DNA of 64,000 bases, from assembly GCA_050253075.1 (NCBI GenBank), contig JBFWJS010000003.1, forward strand, positions 181,458-245,457, given 5' to 3'. The translations under genes were made by a program, and so were the position numbers. Below the pieces are notes generated by a model. It saw only the letters and a program-made list of their open reading frames with translations, was not told the origin of the DNA and ran no database searches. Source of the DNA: Deferribacterales bacterium. GTDB taxonomy: Bacteria; Chrysiogenota; Deferribacteres; Deferribacterales; Geovibrionaceae. Of this stretch, positions 1 to 9,442 are shown piece by piece. Every line of letters starts with the position of its first letter. Position 1 is the first letter of the stretch.

Positions 1-54
1 TGAATCGCCTCTAGTCTTATATATACTTTTGAGAATGAAAGCTAGGTGAGTTTC

Positions 55-74
55 TTCTGACAGGATTCTGACAG
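55..74 (-). promoter_or_regulatory. Tandem 11-bp-period direct repeat (CTGTCAG-N4-CTGTCAG on the minus strand), OmpR/PhoB-family-like binding box for a gene starting left of the window
   Basis: TTCTGACAG at 55-63 and 66-74; candidate -10 TAGCTT at 44-39 (minus); RBS-like AGAGG at 12-8 (minus). Confidence 0.5.
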
Positions 75-220
75 ATTGGGTGAAATAGCATTTAGAGTTA
101 AGTGATTATTGTCATTCACTTTAGCTCCCTATACTTCCCGCTGATTTCTATATGAATTAGAGTTCAAGGATGCCGAAACAAGTTCGCCATTTCGGGGAAA
201 ACTCGCTCTCGGCATTAAGG

Positions 221-249
221 AAAGCCCAGGGTAAAACTGGGCTTTTTTT
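221..249. terminator. Intrinsic terminator, probably bidirectional
   Basis: AAAGCCCAG-ggtaaaa-CTGGGCTTT, ending in a run of 7 T on +; lies downstream of the minus-strand cytochrome b gene. Confidence 0.75.
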
Positions 250-276
250 GTCTCTGCGGTTCTTTGGTTTGGAAAG

Positions 277-945
277 TTACTTCTTTGGCTCTGCTATGGG
301 TTCCTGCTTTATCCCTGTGAGCATAGAGCCGACCATGCCGAAGATGTATGATGCGTATGCATGGATGACCGCATAAACCACCATTATCATCGATACTGAT
401 ATGTGAAGAAATCTCGTTGCGGCGGCAGGGTTGTCAAACCCGCTGAAGATCGCCTGACTAAATCTGTTTACGATGCTGAAATCTGCCGGAAATATCAGCC
501 CCAGACCTGTCAGTACCATTATCATCCAAAGGGTAAGCCAACCCCACCAAGCAAGTACTTCCGTTAAGACTATCTTTTCCTCATACTTATTCTTTTCAAT
601 ATTATACCTGACGGGGCTCTCTAGTTTTTTGCCCTCTACGATGCACTTTATCTCGTGCATGAAAAAGTCGAATCCTTTGCCAATGCGGGAAAGCCCGAAC
701 CATTTGTATTCACCGCTAACGACGAAATAATATAGGAAGAACGTTATGGTTCCCGTCCATGCCATGGATATGACTATGTGCAGGCTTCTCGCAACGCCTC
801 TGCTGAGGATAGGCAGCTTAAGGTATTCGCTGACCGCCATGCCTGAGATAACAAGCATGAGTACCTCTGCGACGATCGCCCAGTGCAGTATTCTGTATGT
901 AAGGCTGTGTCTTTTAACGCTTATGGTATTAGTCGTTGTCTTCAT
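277..945 (-). CDS. Di-haem cytochrome b, Ni/Fe-hydrogenase/formate dehydrogenase (HyaC/FdnI/PhsC-like) type
   Basis: Four hydrophobic helices; His21 (RILHW), His56 (RSLHI), His181 and His195 (RFLH..VIHAY) in the spacing typical of this family; overlaps the upstream gene. Confidence 0.8.
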   Translation of the reverse strand: MKTTTNTISVKRHSLTYRILHWAIVAEVLMLVISGMAVSEYLKLPILSRGVARSLHIVISMAWTGTITFFLYYFVVSGEYKWFGLSRIGKGFDFFMHEIKCIVEGKKLESPVRYNIEKNKYEEKIVLTEVLAWWGWLTLWMIMVLTGLGLIFPADFSIVNRFSQAIFSGFDNPAAATRFLHISVSMIMVVYAVIHAYASYIFGMVGSMLTGIKQEPIAEPKK

Positions 946-1975
946 GGTCTTTTCCTTTCTTGGCTCGCTTGTTTACGGCGTGAACGCCTATGCCGGAGAT
1001 GGTTCCGACGACTGCTGCCCCTGCCCAAGTGTTCACCTTTGTGCCGAAGGCTGTCTGAAGTCTGTTTTCGCCTTTATGCGGGTCCATCTTTTTGTCATGT
1101 TTGTCGTCGTGACAGCTTCCGCATTCCATAGATCCTCTGGTGAACTGTCCTGACTCGTATTTGTCGCCTTTGGAGTGGCATGTTTTACATCCTGCAGTAT
1201 CATGTGAGAGGTGCATAGGGAAAGCGGTGTGGAGCTCGCCTTTGACGTGGGCGTTCATTAGCTTCACTGCCATGGCTGCTATGTCGCCTGTCACTCTGGC
1301 ACATCTTTCCGATCTTTCTTTCGCACCGCTGGCATAGCCTGATTTTTCGCACCACTTGCCCACACTTACATGGCAGAGGACAGAGCTGCTGCATGACTGT
1401 GGCAGAGCATTTGCGCTCTTGTATTTAGGCGGGAAGAACTCGCCCGAGGATGCGTACGTATTTGATTCGTTCGTGGGGAAAGACTCAGTTTCGTAATATC
1501 TTAAAAGTCTGGGGACAATCTCGTCGACCACATTCATCGGCAGCATGTATGTCATGGCAGAAGCAGCCCCGTTTGGTGCACCGCAAAGTGTTCCGTATCC
1601 TGCGACACCGCCTGCGGCATACTGCATGGGTATCTGCATGTGTTTTTTGCTCCCTGTTTCGAGGTGTTCCATAAAGTCCTCTTTGCTGTAGCTGGGGATA
1701 AGGGTAAATGGATATCCAGTCTTTTCACGCATGGCTGTTATGATAGCCCAGAAGGCGCCGCCGCCGCACTCCTCGAGATAATATCCGAGATGACCGAGTT
1801 TCCTCACGTATTCAGGATCCAGCTCCTGATAACCCCATGGGAGTATAGGCGTCTCCTGTTGTTCTGCGGGGGTTTCTGCCGCTAATGCGCTCTTCATTGT
1901 TGCGGTACTGCATAAAGCCATTCCTGAAACGGCCACTGCACCCTTGATAAAATTTCTCCTGTTTAATGTCCTCAT
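929..1975 (-). CDS. Tat-exported split-Soret cytochrome c-like protein (C-GCAxxG-C-C family) with two CxxCH haem motifs and a C-terminal membrane anchor
   Basis: Tat motif NRRNFIKG; EECGGGAF, GTLCGA, LCHVSVGKWC, RSERCAR; CKTCH and CGSCH; C-terminal WAGAAVVGTISGIGVHAV; RBS GGAGG favours ATG 1975 over GTG 1978. Confidence 0.8.
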   Translation of the reverse strand: MRTLNRRNFIKGAVAVSGMALCSTATMKSALAAETPAEQQETPILPWGYQELDPEYVRKLGHLGYYLEECGGGAFWAIITAMREKTGYPFTLIPSYSKEDFMEHLETGSKKHMQIPMQYAAGGVAGYGTLCGAPNGAASAMTYMLPMNVVDEIVPRLLRYYETESFPTNESNTYASSGEFFPPKYKSANALPQSCSSSVLCHVSVGKWCEKSGYASGAKERSERCARVTGDIAAMAVKLMNAHVKGELHTAFPMHLSHDTAGCKTCHSKGDKYESGQFTRGSMECGSCHDDKHDKKMDPHKGENRLQTAFGTKVNTWAGAAVVGTISGIGVHAVNKRAKKGKDHEDND

Positions 1976-2101
1976 CACTCACCTCCATAAAATGTTGCTT
2001 TGTTGAGTTTTACTGTATGTATATTAATTTTATTTATATATAAAAAAGCTGGTTTGGGTTTTAAAAAAGCGAATGCTTAGGCAAGTCGGAATATCTATAG
2101 T

Positions 2102-2123
2102 AATATATTGTTTACAATATATT
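2102..2123. promoter_or_regulatory. Perfect 10-2-10 inverted repeat, candidate operator between the cytochrome operon and lysR
   Basis: AATATATTGT-tt-ACAATATATT in the AT-rich divergent intergenic region. Confidence 0.45.
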
Positions 2124-2260
2124 TATGGCTAAGTTATTCCGGCTTTAACTTTGCATTATTTCTTATGTATACAAAACTAAGGTTGTATAATAAGACAATA
2201 GTCACTATATTTTCTTATGTAAAATCAATAATAATTGAATAATATATAAGGAAAATTTAT

Positions 2261-3139
2261 ATGAATATAACGATAAGGCAGGTAGAGGTGTTTTATTACA
2301 CCGCAAAGCTGGGGAGCATATCACTTACGGCTGAAAAGCTGTGCATAACCCAAGCCGCTGCCAGTATGGCTTTGAAAGGGTTTGAGGAGCAACTGGGTGA
2401 GAAGCTCTTTGACAGGGTCGGCAAGAAACTAGTGCTGAACGGTAAGGGGGATGCGATACTTCATGCCTCTTCGGAACTGATATCAAAAGCCGGTGAAATT
2501 TCTAATTTTTTCTCTGATAAGTCATCATTGTACGGGCATCTGGCCATAGGAACTATCCCGTCTATCGCTAATTATGTTCTGCCTGAGTATATCTCCGCCT
2601 TTGTGGATGAAAATCCGAAGAGCAGTGTCCATATGAATATAGGCAACAGTGATTACGTTATAGATAAACTGCTTAAACATGAGATAGATATAGGGGTGAT
2701 AGAAAAGCCTTACAGGCACCCGCAGATAGAAGTTGTCCAGTGGAAAGAGGATGAGCTGTCCATATTCACATCTGCTTCTCACTCTTTAACTAAAAAGGAG
2801 AGGGTCGAGCCTTCTGATCTGGAGGAATTCGGCTGGGTGATGAGAGAGATAGGCGCAGGCTCCAGAAGGGTTTTGGAGAGCGAACTGAAAGAACACTCTA
2901 TTAAAATACAGATAACGATGGAGCTGACTCTAACCGAGGCGATAAAAAACTATGTCGCCAGCGGGCGAGGCATTGGCTGCCTGTCTAAATATGTTCTCGG
3001 AGATATGGAAAAACTGGGCAAGATAAAAACACTTTCGACCCCGTTTCTTAATCTTAAGCGCAGTTTTTACGTTATTCTGCATAAGGATAGATTCAGAACG
3101 AGGCTTCTGGAGGAGTTTACGAACCTGCTGCGGCTTTGA
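2261..3139 (+). CDS. LysR-family transcriptional regulator (CysL/CmpR-like)
   Basis: N-terminal HTH (AEKLCITQAAASMALK..E..LG.KLFDR); C-terminal substrate-binding domain (WVMREIGAGSR); divergent from the cytochrome operon. Confidence 0.92.
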   Translation: MNITIRQVEVFYYTAKLGSISLTAEKLCITQAAASMALKGFEEQLGEKLFDRVGKKLVLNGKGDAILHASSELISKAGEISNFFSDKSSLYGHLAIGTIPSIANYVLPEYISAFVDENPKSSVHMNIGNSDYVIDKLLKHEIDIGVIEKPYRHPQIEVVQWKEDELSIFTSASHSLTKKERVEPSDLEEFGWVMREIGAGSRRVLESELKEHSIKIQITMELTLTEAIKNYVASGRGIGCLSKYVLGDMEKLGKIKTLSTPFLNLKRSFYVILHKDRFRTRLLEEFTNLLRL

Positions 3140-3228
3140 TGATTAGTTAAGCACCGGTGTCCACTTCATTGGAAAACCATGAGAGAAGCAATTATAATAG
3201 ATCATTAGTTATTACAGGGAGTTGATTT

Positions 3229-4443
3229 ATGTCTGAATGGCTTGGCAAGAACGATCCGCATATGGAAAACCTTCGCTTATACTGCGAAGGGATACTGGAA
3301 GATGAAGACCTCGGCGCTCTTTATGCTGAATATGAGAGCGACATAAAATCTGTCAGATACGACGAAGTTATGGCGTTGGTTGACTGGATGGTTACCTGTG
3401 AGAAATATGATATGGAAACTATCAAAGGAGCTCTTAACAGGATAATCAACATATTTTCCAATCAGTTAGATGATGATGTCTTTAACCTCTGCAGGAATGT
3501 TCCGCAGTTTATATCTATAATGACAGACGAGAACGCAGCGATAACCGAGCATATGGAATCTATCAAAGAGCAGCTTCAGCTTTTCAGCAAGGCGGAAGAG
3601 GGCTCGCAGGAATTCGACAGATACAGACGTGCTATCAAAAAGAAGATCGAAGAGCTCGCAGAGATAGAAAAGCACTATGTAAAGAAGGAGAATATCCTTT
3701 TTCCTTATGTTGAGAAATACATCCCAGAGTATAGATGTGTTAATGTGATGTGGTCTATCCACGATGATGTACGTAAAGGGATGAAGTCGCTTCTGACGGT
3801 TTTGGATGCTGATAAATATGACGGCATCAGGTTTAACAGAGTGGTCGGTAAGCTGTTTTTTGATATTTACGGGCTGATCTTTAGGGAAGACTACATTCTG
3901 CTCCCTATGGCTGCCTTGAAGATACCTGAAAATGTTTTTCCCGAGATGGCGGGACAATGCCCTGAGGAGGGGTACAGCTTTATAGATACCCCTGAGGTGG
4001 AGAGCATTAAAGCAGAAGAGCCGAAACTGCCCGAAGGGATGATAAATATGGAGACGGGTTCTCTCACAGTCGGCGAGCTTATGACTATGCTGAACACTCT
4101 GCCTGTGGACATCACATATGTTGATGCAGACGATAAGGTAAGGTATTTTTCCTCGCCTAATGAGCGTATATTTCCACGCTCAAAGGCCATCATCGGCCGA
4201 AGCGTGCAGAACTGTCATCCGCCGGAGAGCGTGCATATCGTGAATGAGGTCGTGGAAAGGCTGAAATCCGGCAAGCGTGATGTGGAATCATTCTGGATAC
4301 AGATGATGGGTAAGTTCATACTGATACAGTATTTTGCACTCCGAGACGGCGAAGGGGAGTACATCGGCACAATAGAGGTCAGTCAGGACATCACAGAGCT
4401 TCGCTCGCTTTCAGGCGAAAAGAGGCTTCTGGATTATCAATAG
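3229..4443 (+). CDS. DUF438-like protein with hemerythrin-like and C-terminal PAS domains
   Basis: HYVKKENILFPY, VMWSIHD, IFREDYILLP (hemerythrin/HHE-like); C-terminal PAS with LPVDITYVD..DKVRYFS..RIFPR..IGRSVQNCHPPES. Confidence 0.85.
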   Translation: MSEWLGKNDPHMENLRLYCEGILEDEDLGALYAEYESDIKSVRYDEVMALVDWMVTCEKYDMETIKGALNRIINIFSNQLDDDVFNLCRNVPQFISIMTDENAAITEHMESIKEQLQLFSKAEEGSQEFDRYRRAIKKKIEELAEIEKHYVKKENILFPYVEKYIPEYRCVNVMWSIHDDVRKGMKSLLTVLDADKYDGIRFNRVVGKLFFDIYGLIFREDYILLPMAALKIPENVFPEMAGQCPEEGYSFIDTPEVESIKAEEPKLPEGMINMETGSLTVGELMTMLNTLPVDITYVDADDKVRYFSSPNERIFPRSKAIIGRSVQNCHPPESVHIVNEVVERLKSGKRDVESFWIQMMGKFILIQYFALRDGEGEYIGTIEVSQDITELRSLSGEKRLLDYQ

Positions 4444-4454
4444 ATTTATAAACG

Positions 4455-4485
4455 GTATAGCCGGCTTTAAAAGTGCCGGCTATGC
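4455..4485. terminator. Hairpin terminator between convergent genes
   Basis: GTATAGCCGGC-N9-GCCGGCTATGC followed by a T-rich tract. Confidence 0.65.
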
Positions 4486-4490
4486 TTGTT

Positions 4491-4862
4491 TTATTTTACT
4501 TTTTTCGCCGTGACATCACGCACAATAGAGCTGAAGCCCGCTCTTTTGCCGTTTTCGTGTATCACCTGTATAGAGAATTCTATGATGAGCTTATGCCCGT
4601 CTTTAGAGACAGCAGGCACAGAGAGCATTTTGTCTGCATATCCGCTTTCGCCTGTTTCGATAACCCTGTCAAATCCTGTCCAGTGTTTTGCCCTGTGTCT
4701 TTCGGGGATGATAAGGTCTAGATTCTGCCCCAGAGCCTCGCTTTCGGAGAATCCGAAGATCTTTTCACAGCCGATATTCCAGTATCTGATGATTCCGTCA
4801 GCCGAAACATACATTATACCGTCGTGGGCTGTCTCTGCCATTTCTTTTAAAAAATCAGTCAT
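4491..4862 (-). CDS. Stand-alone PAS-domain protein, FixL haem-PAS-like
   Basis: DGIIRYWN.GCEKIFGFS..EALGQNLDLIIPERHRAKH; His60 lies at the position of the FixL haem ligand. Confidence 0.85.
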   Translation of the reverse strand: MTDFLKEMAETAHDGIMYVSADGIIRYWNIGCEKIFGFSESEALGQNLDLIIPERHRAKHWTGFDRVIETGESGYADKMLSVPAVSKDGHKLIIEFSIQVIHENGKRAGFSSIVRDVTAKKVK

Positions 4863-4917
4863 TTCAGCACCCCTTATGATTCTTATAATAAAATAACCCG
4901 CCTTTTGAATATGTAAA

Positions 4918-4931
4918 TTGATTCAGGTCAA
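4918..4931. promoter_or_regulatory. FNR/Dnr-type (Crp/Fnr family) binding site
   Basis: TTGAT-tcag-GTCAA, 9/10 match to TTGAT-N4-ATCAA, upstream of the PAS gene. Confidence 0.6.
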
Positions 4932-4982
4932 TAATCATCGATTGGGTAAAAAACGTTATTTCGGACATATTAATTTACATAT

Positions 4983-4996
4983 TTAACGCAGATCAA
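4983..4996. promoter_or_regulatory. Second, weaker FNR/Dnr-type site
   Basis: TTAAC-gcag-ATCAA, 8/10 match, upstream of the NIT chemoreceptor. Confidence 0.45.
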
Positions 4997-5088
4997 TTTT
5001 TTAAATCTAATAAATGTTAAAACTGATATGTCCCGATGCTGTGAGCATCTTATTTTCATTTAGCGGCTAATTATTTAAGGGGTGGAAT

Positions 5089-7068
5089 ATGAATATCAAA
5101 ACAAAACTTTATCTTGCTTTAGTAATACCTGTTATCGCTCTGATGATTTATTCAGTATCGGGCATAATGCGTAACTACAACACATACGACAATATGGTGC
5201 ACATTGTCAGCTATACGGATACGTCCGCTCTGGTCAGCAGGCTGGTGCATGAGACTCAGAAAGAGAGAGGAATGACGGCAGGGTTCATAGGCAGCGGCGG
5301 TTCGTCATTTTCATCCGAGCTCAAAAGGCAGAGGGAATTGACGGATAAGACAGCGTATGAATTCACATCATTTTTTGAAAGTCATAAGGCGAAGCTGTCG
5401 ACTGAGCTGCTGGAGCACATCGGCGTAGCCTTAAGATATATGGATCAGATGCCAGACATAAGGAGGCGGGTGGATTCTTTCTCCATACCTCTTTCGGATG
5501 CGATATCCTATTACTCCGGTCTTAACGGCGATTTCCTGTCTGTTATAGCGGATGCGGCACAGGCAGCGGATAATGCATCAGTATCGAGGAATTTGTTGGC
5601 ATATATGAGCTTTCTTTTGGCAAAAGAGAGGGCTGGTATCGAGAGGGCTGTCCTCGCGAATGTCTTTGCCAAAGACAGCTTTGGCAAAGGACTTTATGAA
5701 AAACTCATAAGGCTCATCGCAGAGCAGGATTCATATATGAGTTCTTTCGAGCTTTCCGCTTCGGAAGATATATTGAATATCTATAATACAGTGCTGTCCG
5801 ATCCTTCTTTTAAAGAGGTGGCAAAGTATCGTCAGACAGCCGTCGACGGGGCAGCTTCGGGCAATTTCGGCATCAGCTCCGATAAATGGTTTGCGACGAT
5901 AACGCAAAAGATAAATGCACTAAAAGAAGCAGACGATAAGATGAGCACGTCTATCATAGATCAGGCGAACCTGTCATTATCCTCTGCAAAGCGCAGTATG
6001 CTTATGAATATCTTCATCAGTGTTTTATCCATCATATCCCTTCTGGCTCTGCTTTATGTCATCAGAGATGCGGTGATATCCAACCTGCTCAGGTTGATAA
6101 GGCTGACGGCGAATCTCAATAGCGGTGACGCAAACCTTACACAGAGGATAGTTGTTAAAAATAAGGATGAGATAGGTGAGCTGGCGGAAAATATAAATAC
6201 TTTCATCGCCAGTATCGAGGACATCGTCGTGGATGTGAAGAATGTTTCGAACAACCTCGCATCGAGCAGTGCCGAATTTGCCGCCACAGCCGAAGAATTG
6301 TCCACCACTTTTTCAGAACAGACAGGTCAGGCAAATGATATGGCTTCCGCTATGGAGGAGATGAATGTCACGTCTAAATCCATAAATGAAAATACATATG
6401 AGGCAAATAACCTCACACTACAGGCTTTTGAGCTGACCCTTGAGGGGAGCGGAGAGCTCGCCAATGCAGTGAAGAAGATAAACAGCATTAAAAACTCCAC
6501 AGAGGAGCTTTCTATAGTGATAGCAAATCTTAATAACTCTTCGGGTGAGATAGGCGACATAGCGGGCTCCATAGCAGATATTGCAGACCAGACAAATCTG
6601 CTGGCGCTGAACGCCGCCATTGAGGCAGCCAGAGCAGGGGATGCAGGAAGGGGATTCGCCGTGGTGGCAGACGAGGTTAGAAAGCTCGCCGAAAAGACTC
6701 AGGAATCGACTAAAATGATCACCGAGATCATCGGTACTCTGGTCAACGAGTCTAAACAGGCGGATAAGAACATGTCTATGGCAAAGGTGAGTGTGGACGA
6801 AGGTGTAGAGGTCATCGAGCTTACCACTGTTATTTTCAATAAAATTAAAGATGCCGTTTCAAAGGTTAAAGAGGCAAATGACTTTGTCGGTGTCTCGATA
6901 TCCGAACAGGCAGATGCGATAGACGCAAGCAGCGAGAATATCCGCATGGTCTTTCAGGGGATCACCGAGAGCAACGTTGCTGTGGAGCAGATCAGCTTTA
7001 CCGTGAATGATCTGGAAAGTCAGGCGGTCAGCTTGAATAATATGATGAATAAATTCAGAACCAAATAG
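5089..7068 (+). CDS. Methyl-accepting chemotaxis protein with periplasmic NIT (nitrate/nitrite-sensing) domain
   Basis: Two TM helices; NIT motifs [10 protein letters not shown] and [16 protein letters not shown] hairpin [36 protein letters not shown]. Confidence 0.92.
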   Translation: MNIKTKLYLALVIPVIALMIYSVSGIMRNYNTYDNMVHIVSYTDTSALVSRLVHETQKERGMTAGFIGSGGSSFSSELKRQRELTDKTAYEFTSFFESHKAKLSTELLEHIGVALRYMDQMPDIRRRVDSFSIPLSDAISYYSGLNGDFLSVIADAAQAADNASVSRNLLAYMSFLLAKERAGIERAVLANVFAKDSFGKGLYEKLIRLIAEQDSYMSSFELSASEDILNIYNTVLSDPSFKEVAKYRQTAVDGAASGNFGISSDKWFATITQKINALKEADDKMSTSIIDQANLSLSSAKRSMLMNIFISVLSIISLLALLYVIRDAVISNLLRLIRLTANLNSGDANLTQRIVVKNKDEIGELAENINTFIASIEDIVVDVKNVSNNLASSSAEFAATAEELSTTFSEQTGQANDMASAMEEMNVTSKSINENTYEANNLTLQAFELTLEGSGELANAVKKINSIKNSTEELSIVIANLNNSSGEIGDIAGSIADIADQTNLLALNAAIEAARAGDAGRGFAVVADEVRKLAEKTQESTKMITEIIGTLVNESKQADKNMSMAKVSVDEGVEVIELTTVIFNKIKDAVSKVKEANDFVGVSISEQADAIDASSENIRMVFQGITESNVAVEQISFTVNDLESQAVSLNNMMNKFRTK

Positions 7069-7082
7069 ACACTCGGCATATA

Positions 7083-7120
7083 AGAAAAGCTCAGTGTAAA
7101 GCTGGGCTTTTCTATCTTTT
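7083..7120. terminator. Bidirectional intrinsic terminator
   Basis: AGAAAAGCTCAG-N7-CTGGGCTTTTCT between convergent MCP and araC genes. Confidence 0.7.
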
Positions 7121-7123
7121 TGT

Positions 7124-8002
7124 TTATTCCGACTTAGAGTTCATTATCTCTGTGGGGCTCTCTCCGAAAAACTTTTTAAACTCTCGGCTGAATTGTGAAA
7201 CGCTCTCATAGCCGACCTTATGGGCGGCGATATAAACCTTCATCCTTTCATTTTTGATGAGTTCCTTCGCTTTATTCATGCGCACTTTCTTTATATACTG
7301 ACCAGGTGATTCGGATGTTATCTCTTTGAAAGCTCGGTGAAATGTCGAGAGGCTCATGTTTGCCGATTCTGCCAGATGTGTCACATCGTCTTTGATAGAG
7401 CAGTCTCTGTGTATCATCATCAGCGCCTTTGAAATACGTGCAAATTTACCGTCGTGGGCGGCGAGTGCATAGAGCGACTGAGCCTGACTGCCTCGGAGAG
7501 CTCTGTATATTATCTCCCGAACAAGTCCCGGGCCAAGTATGGACGCCTCTGTCTCAGACTTCAGGCATTTCAGCAGGCGTATAACAGTGTCGGACATTTC
7601 CATATCCATAGTGGCCGGGCCTACACCTTTCGGTATCTCGGCCACCGACAGGTCTCTTCCGGTGCTGTTCTGGCCGAGCAGTCCTATCAGCTCGTGCAGC
7701 ATGGGCATGTCTATGTCCACGTACAGCCCGAGGAAAGGCTTGTCAGGTTGGGCGAATGTCTCGCACTCGAAAGGTATGGGAAGCGATGTCACAAGGTAGT
7801 TCTGTGCGTCATACTGAAAGCTGCGCTCGCCGAGGTAGCCTATCTTCTGCCCCTGAGCCACGATGAATATCCCCGTGTTGTACAGCAGGGGAGACCTGCA
7901 TATATGGGTGCCGGATTTAAAAAAGCGCACACCATTCAGGTGGGATTTGTTGAACAGTTCGTTCAGGTTAAATTGTTCGAGCAGTTCTACCATCTGAGAC
8001 AT
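7124..8002 (-). CDS. AraC-family regulator, YqhC-like
   Basis: N-terminal AraC_N-type region (IVAQGQK..YDAQNYLVTS.P.PFECE); C-terminal double HTH (MSLSTFHRAFK..VGYESVSQFSREFKKFFG); divergent from an Fe-ADH. Confidence 0.9.
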   Translation of the reverse strand: MSQMVELLEQFNLNELFNKSHLNGVRFFKSGTHICRSPLLYNTGIFIVAQGQKIGYLGERSFQYDAQNYLVTSLPIPFECETFAQPDKPFLGLYVDIDMPMLHELIGLLGQNSTGRDLSVAEIPKGVGPATMDMEMSDTVIRLLKCLKSETEASILGPGLVREIIYRALRGSQAQSLYALAAHDGKFARISKALMMIHRDCSIKDDVTHLAESANMSLSTFHRAFKEITSESPGQYIKKVRMNKAKELIKNERMKVYIAAHKVGYESVSQFSREFKKFFGESPTEIMNSKSE

Positions 8003-8091
8003 GCATTCACCTCTGTTATCGTCTGTGTTAATTTACTTGGCACAATATAGCATGAAAAAATGTAAAAATACTATTTAAAAATATCATTTTG

Positions 8092-8154
8092 ACATGATTA
8101 AGCAAAGTTTAAGCAGGAATGGATATTCCATTCTCTTTTCGGTGTCTGTATAGT
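8092..8154 (+). promoter_or_regulatory. Candidate AraC-type activator site plus -10 hexamer for the adh gene
   Basis: ACATGATTAAGCAAAGTTTAAGCAGGAATGG (8092-8122), 26 nt, then TATAGT (8149-8154); a similar site with identical spacing occurs at 16135-16197. Confidence 0.5.
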
Positions 8155-8210
8155 CCTTCAAACAAACGGACGTCCCCGGAAAATATGAACAGACAAAAAA
8201 GGAGAAAATA

Positions 8211-9356
8211 ATGTCATCATTTACAGTACCAAGAACTATCCACCACGGCCCAGGCTCATTAGAAAACCTCAAAGACGTAAAAGGCAGCAAAGCTGTTATC
8301 GTGATTGGCGGCGGTTCTATGAAGAGGCTCGGTGTTCTCGATAGAACTATCGCACTTCTTAAAGAAGGCGGTATCGAATCAGTTGTTTTCGAAGGTGTAG
8401 AGGCTGATCCTTCCGTTAATACAGTTATGAAAGGCGTTGAGCTTTTTAACAGAGAAAAGCCCGACCTCATCATCGGTCTCGGCGGATGCTCTGCCATAGA
8501 CGCTGCAAAGGCTATGTGGATATTCTACGAATACCCTGACTATACTTTTGCCGATGTCACAGTGCCTTTCGGCATCAAATCGCTGAGGAACAAGGCTCAC
8601 TTCGTAGCTATTCCTTCCACAAGCGGTACAGGTACAGAGGTCACATGTGTGGCTGTTATCACTGATACAGAAAAGGGGATCAAACACCCCCTCGTATCCT
8701 ATGAGATAACACCGGACATCGCCATCGTTGACGGCGAGCTCGCCAAAAGTATGCCCGCAAACGTGACGGCAGACACAGGCATGGACGCTCTTTCTCACGA
8801 TGTAGAGGCTGTTGTGGCGGCACTTGCCAGCACATATTCAGACACCCTCGCCATAGATTCTATCAGTGCTATTTTCGAAAACCTGCCTGTGGTTGTCGCA
8901 GACGGAGAGAATATAGAGGCAAGACAGGCAATGCACGACGCTTCATGCAAGGCCGGTATCGCATTCTCTAACGCTATCCTCGGCATCATCCACTCTATGT
9001 CTCATCAGATAGGCGGAACATTCAGCATACCTCACGGACGTGCGAATGCTATCCTCATGCCTAACGTCATCAGATATAACAGTGTAGAGACTGATAAATA
9101 TGAGCTTATGGCTAAGGCTGTGGGGAAAGAGACAGCGGAAGAGTTCGCTTGTGAAGTTGAAGCTCTCCGCGAAAGAGTGGGCATCGAAAAGAGCTTCCGT
9201 GACTACGGCATAGACGAGAAAGAGTGGAACGAAAAGCTCGACGACCTTGTAGACCACGCTCTCGCAGACCCATGTACGGGTACAAACCCTAGAAAACCTT
9301 CGGCAGCAGATATCAAAAACATACTGACATGCTGCTACAACGGCGTATCTATCTAA
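8211..9356 (+). CDS. Iron-containing alcohol dehydrogenase (butanol dehydrogenase-like)
   Basis: GLGGCSAIDAAK, AIPSTSGTGTEVT, GMDALSH, GIIHSMSH, IPHGRANA; strong RBS AAGGAG. Confidence 0.95.
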   Translation: MSSFTVPRTIHHGPGSLENLKDVKGSKAVIVIGGGSMKRLGVLDRTIALLKEGGIESVVFEGVEADPSVNTVMKGVELFNREKPDLIIGLGGCSAIDAAKAMWIFYEYPDYTFADVTVPFGIKSLRNKAHFVAIPSTSGTGTEVTCVAVITDTEKGIKHPLVSYEITPDIAIVDGELAKSMPANVTADTGMDALSHDVEAVVAALASTYSDTLAIDSISAIFENLPVVVADGENIEARQAMHDASCKAGIAFSNAILGIIHSMSHQIGGTFSIPHGRANAILMPNVIRYNSVETDKYELMAKAVGKETAEEFACEVEALRERVGIEKSFRDYGIDEKEWNEKLDDLVDHALADPCTGTNPRKPSAADIKNILTCCYNGVSI

Positions 9357-9398
9357 AATATTCAAGGTGTCATGACCTTTTTAAGTAACAAGAAGTCG

Positions 9399-9432
9399 AA
9401 GGACTCTGCACCCTGCAGGGTCCTTTTGCTTT
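9399..9432 (+). terminator. Intrinsic terminator
   Basis: AAGGACTCTGCA-ccc-TGCAGGGTCCTT followed by TTGCTTT. Confidence 0.7.
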
Positions 9433-9442
9433 TCAGCGGAGT

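Noticed and set aside
170..376. 68-aa + strand ORF
   Set aside because: It runs through a terminator, overlaps the cytochrome b gene antisense and has no recognisable motif.
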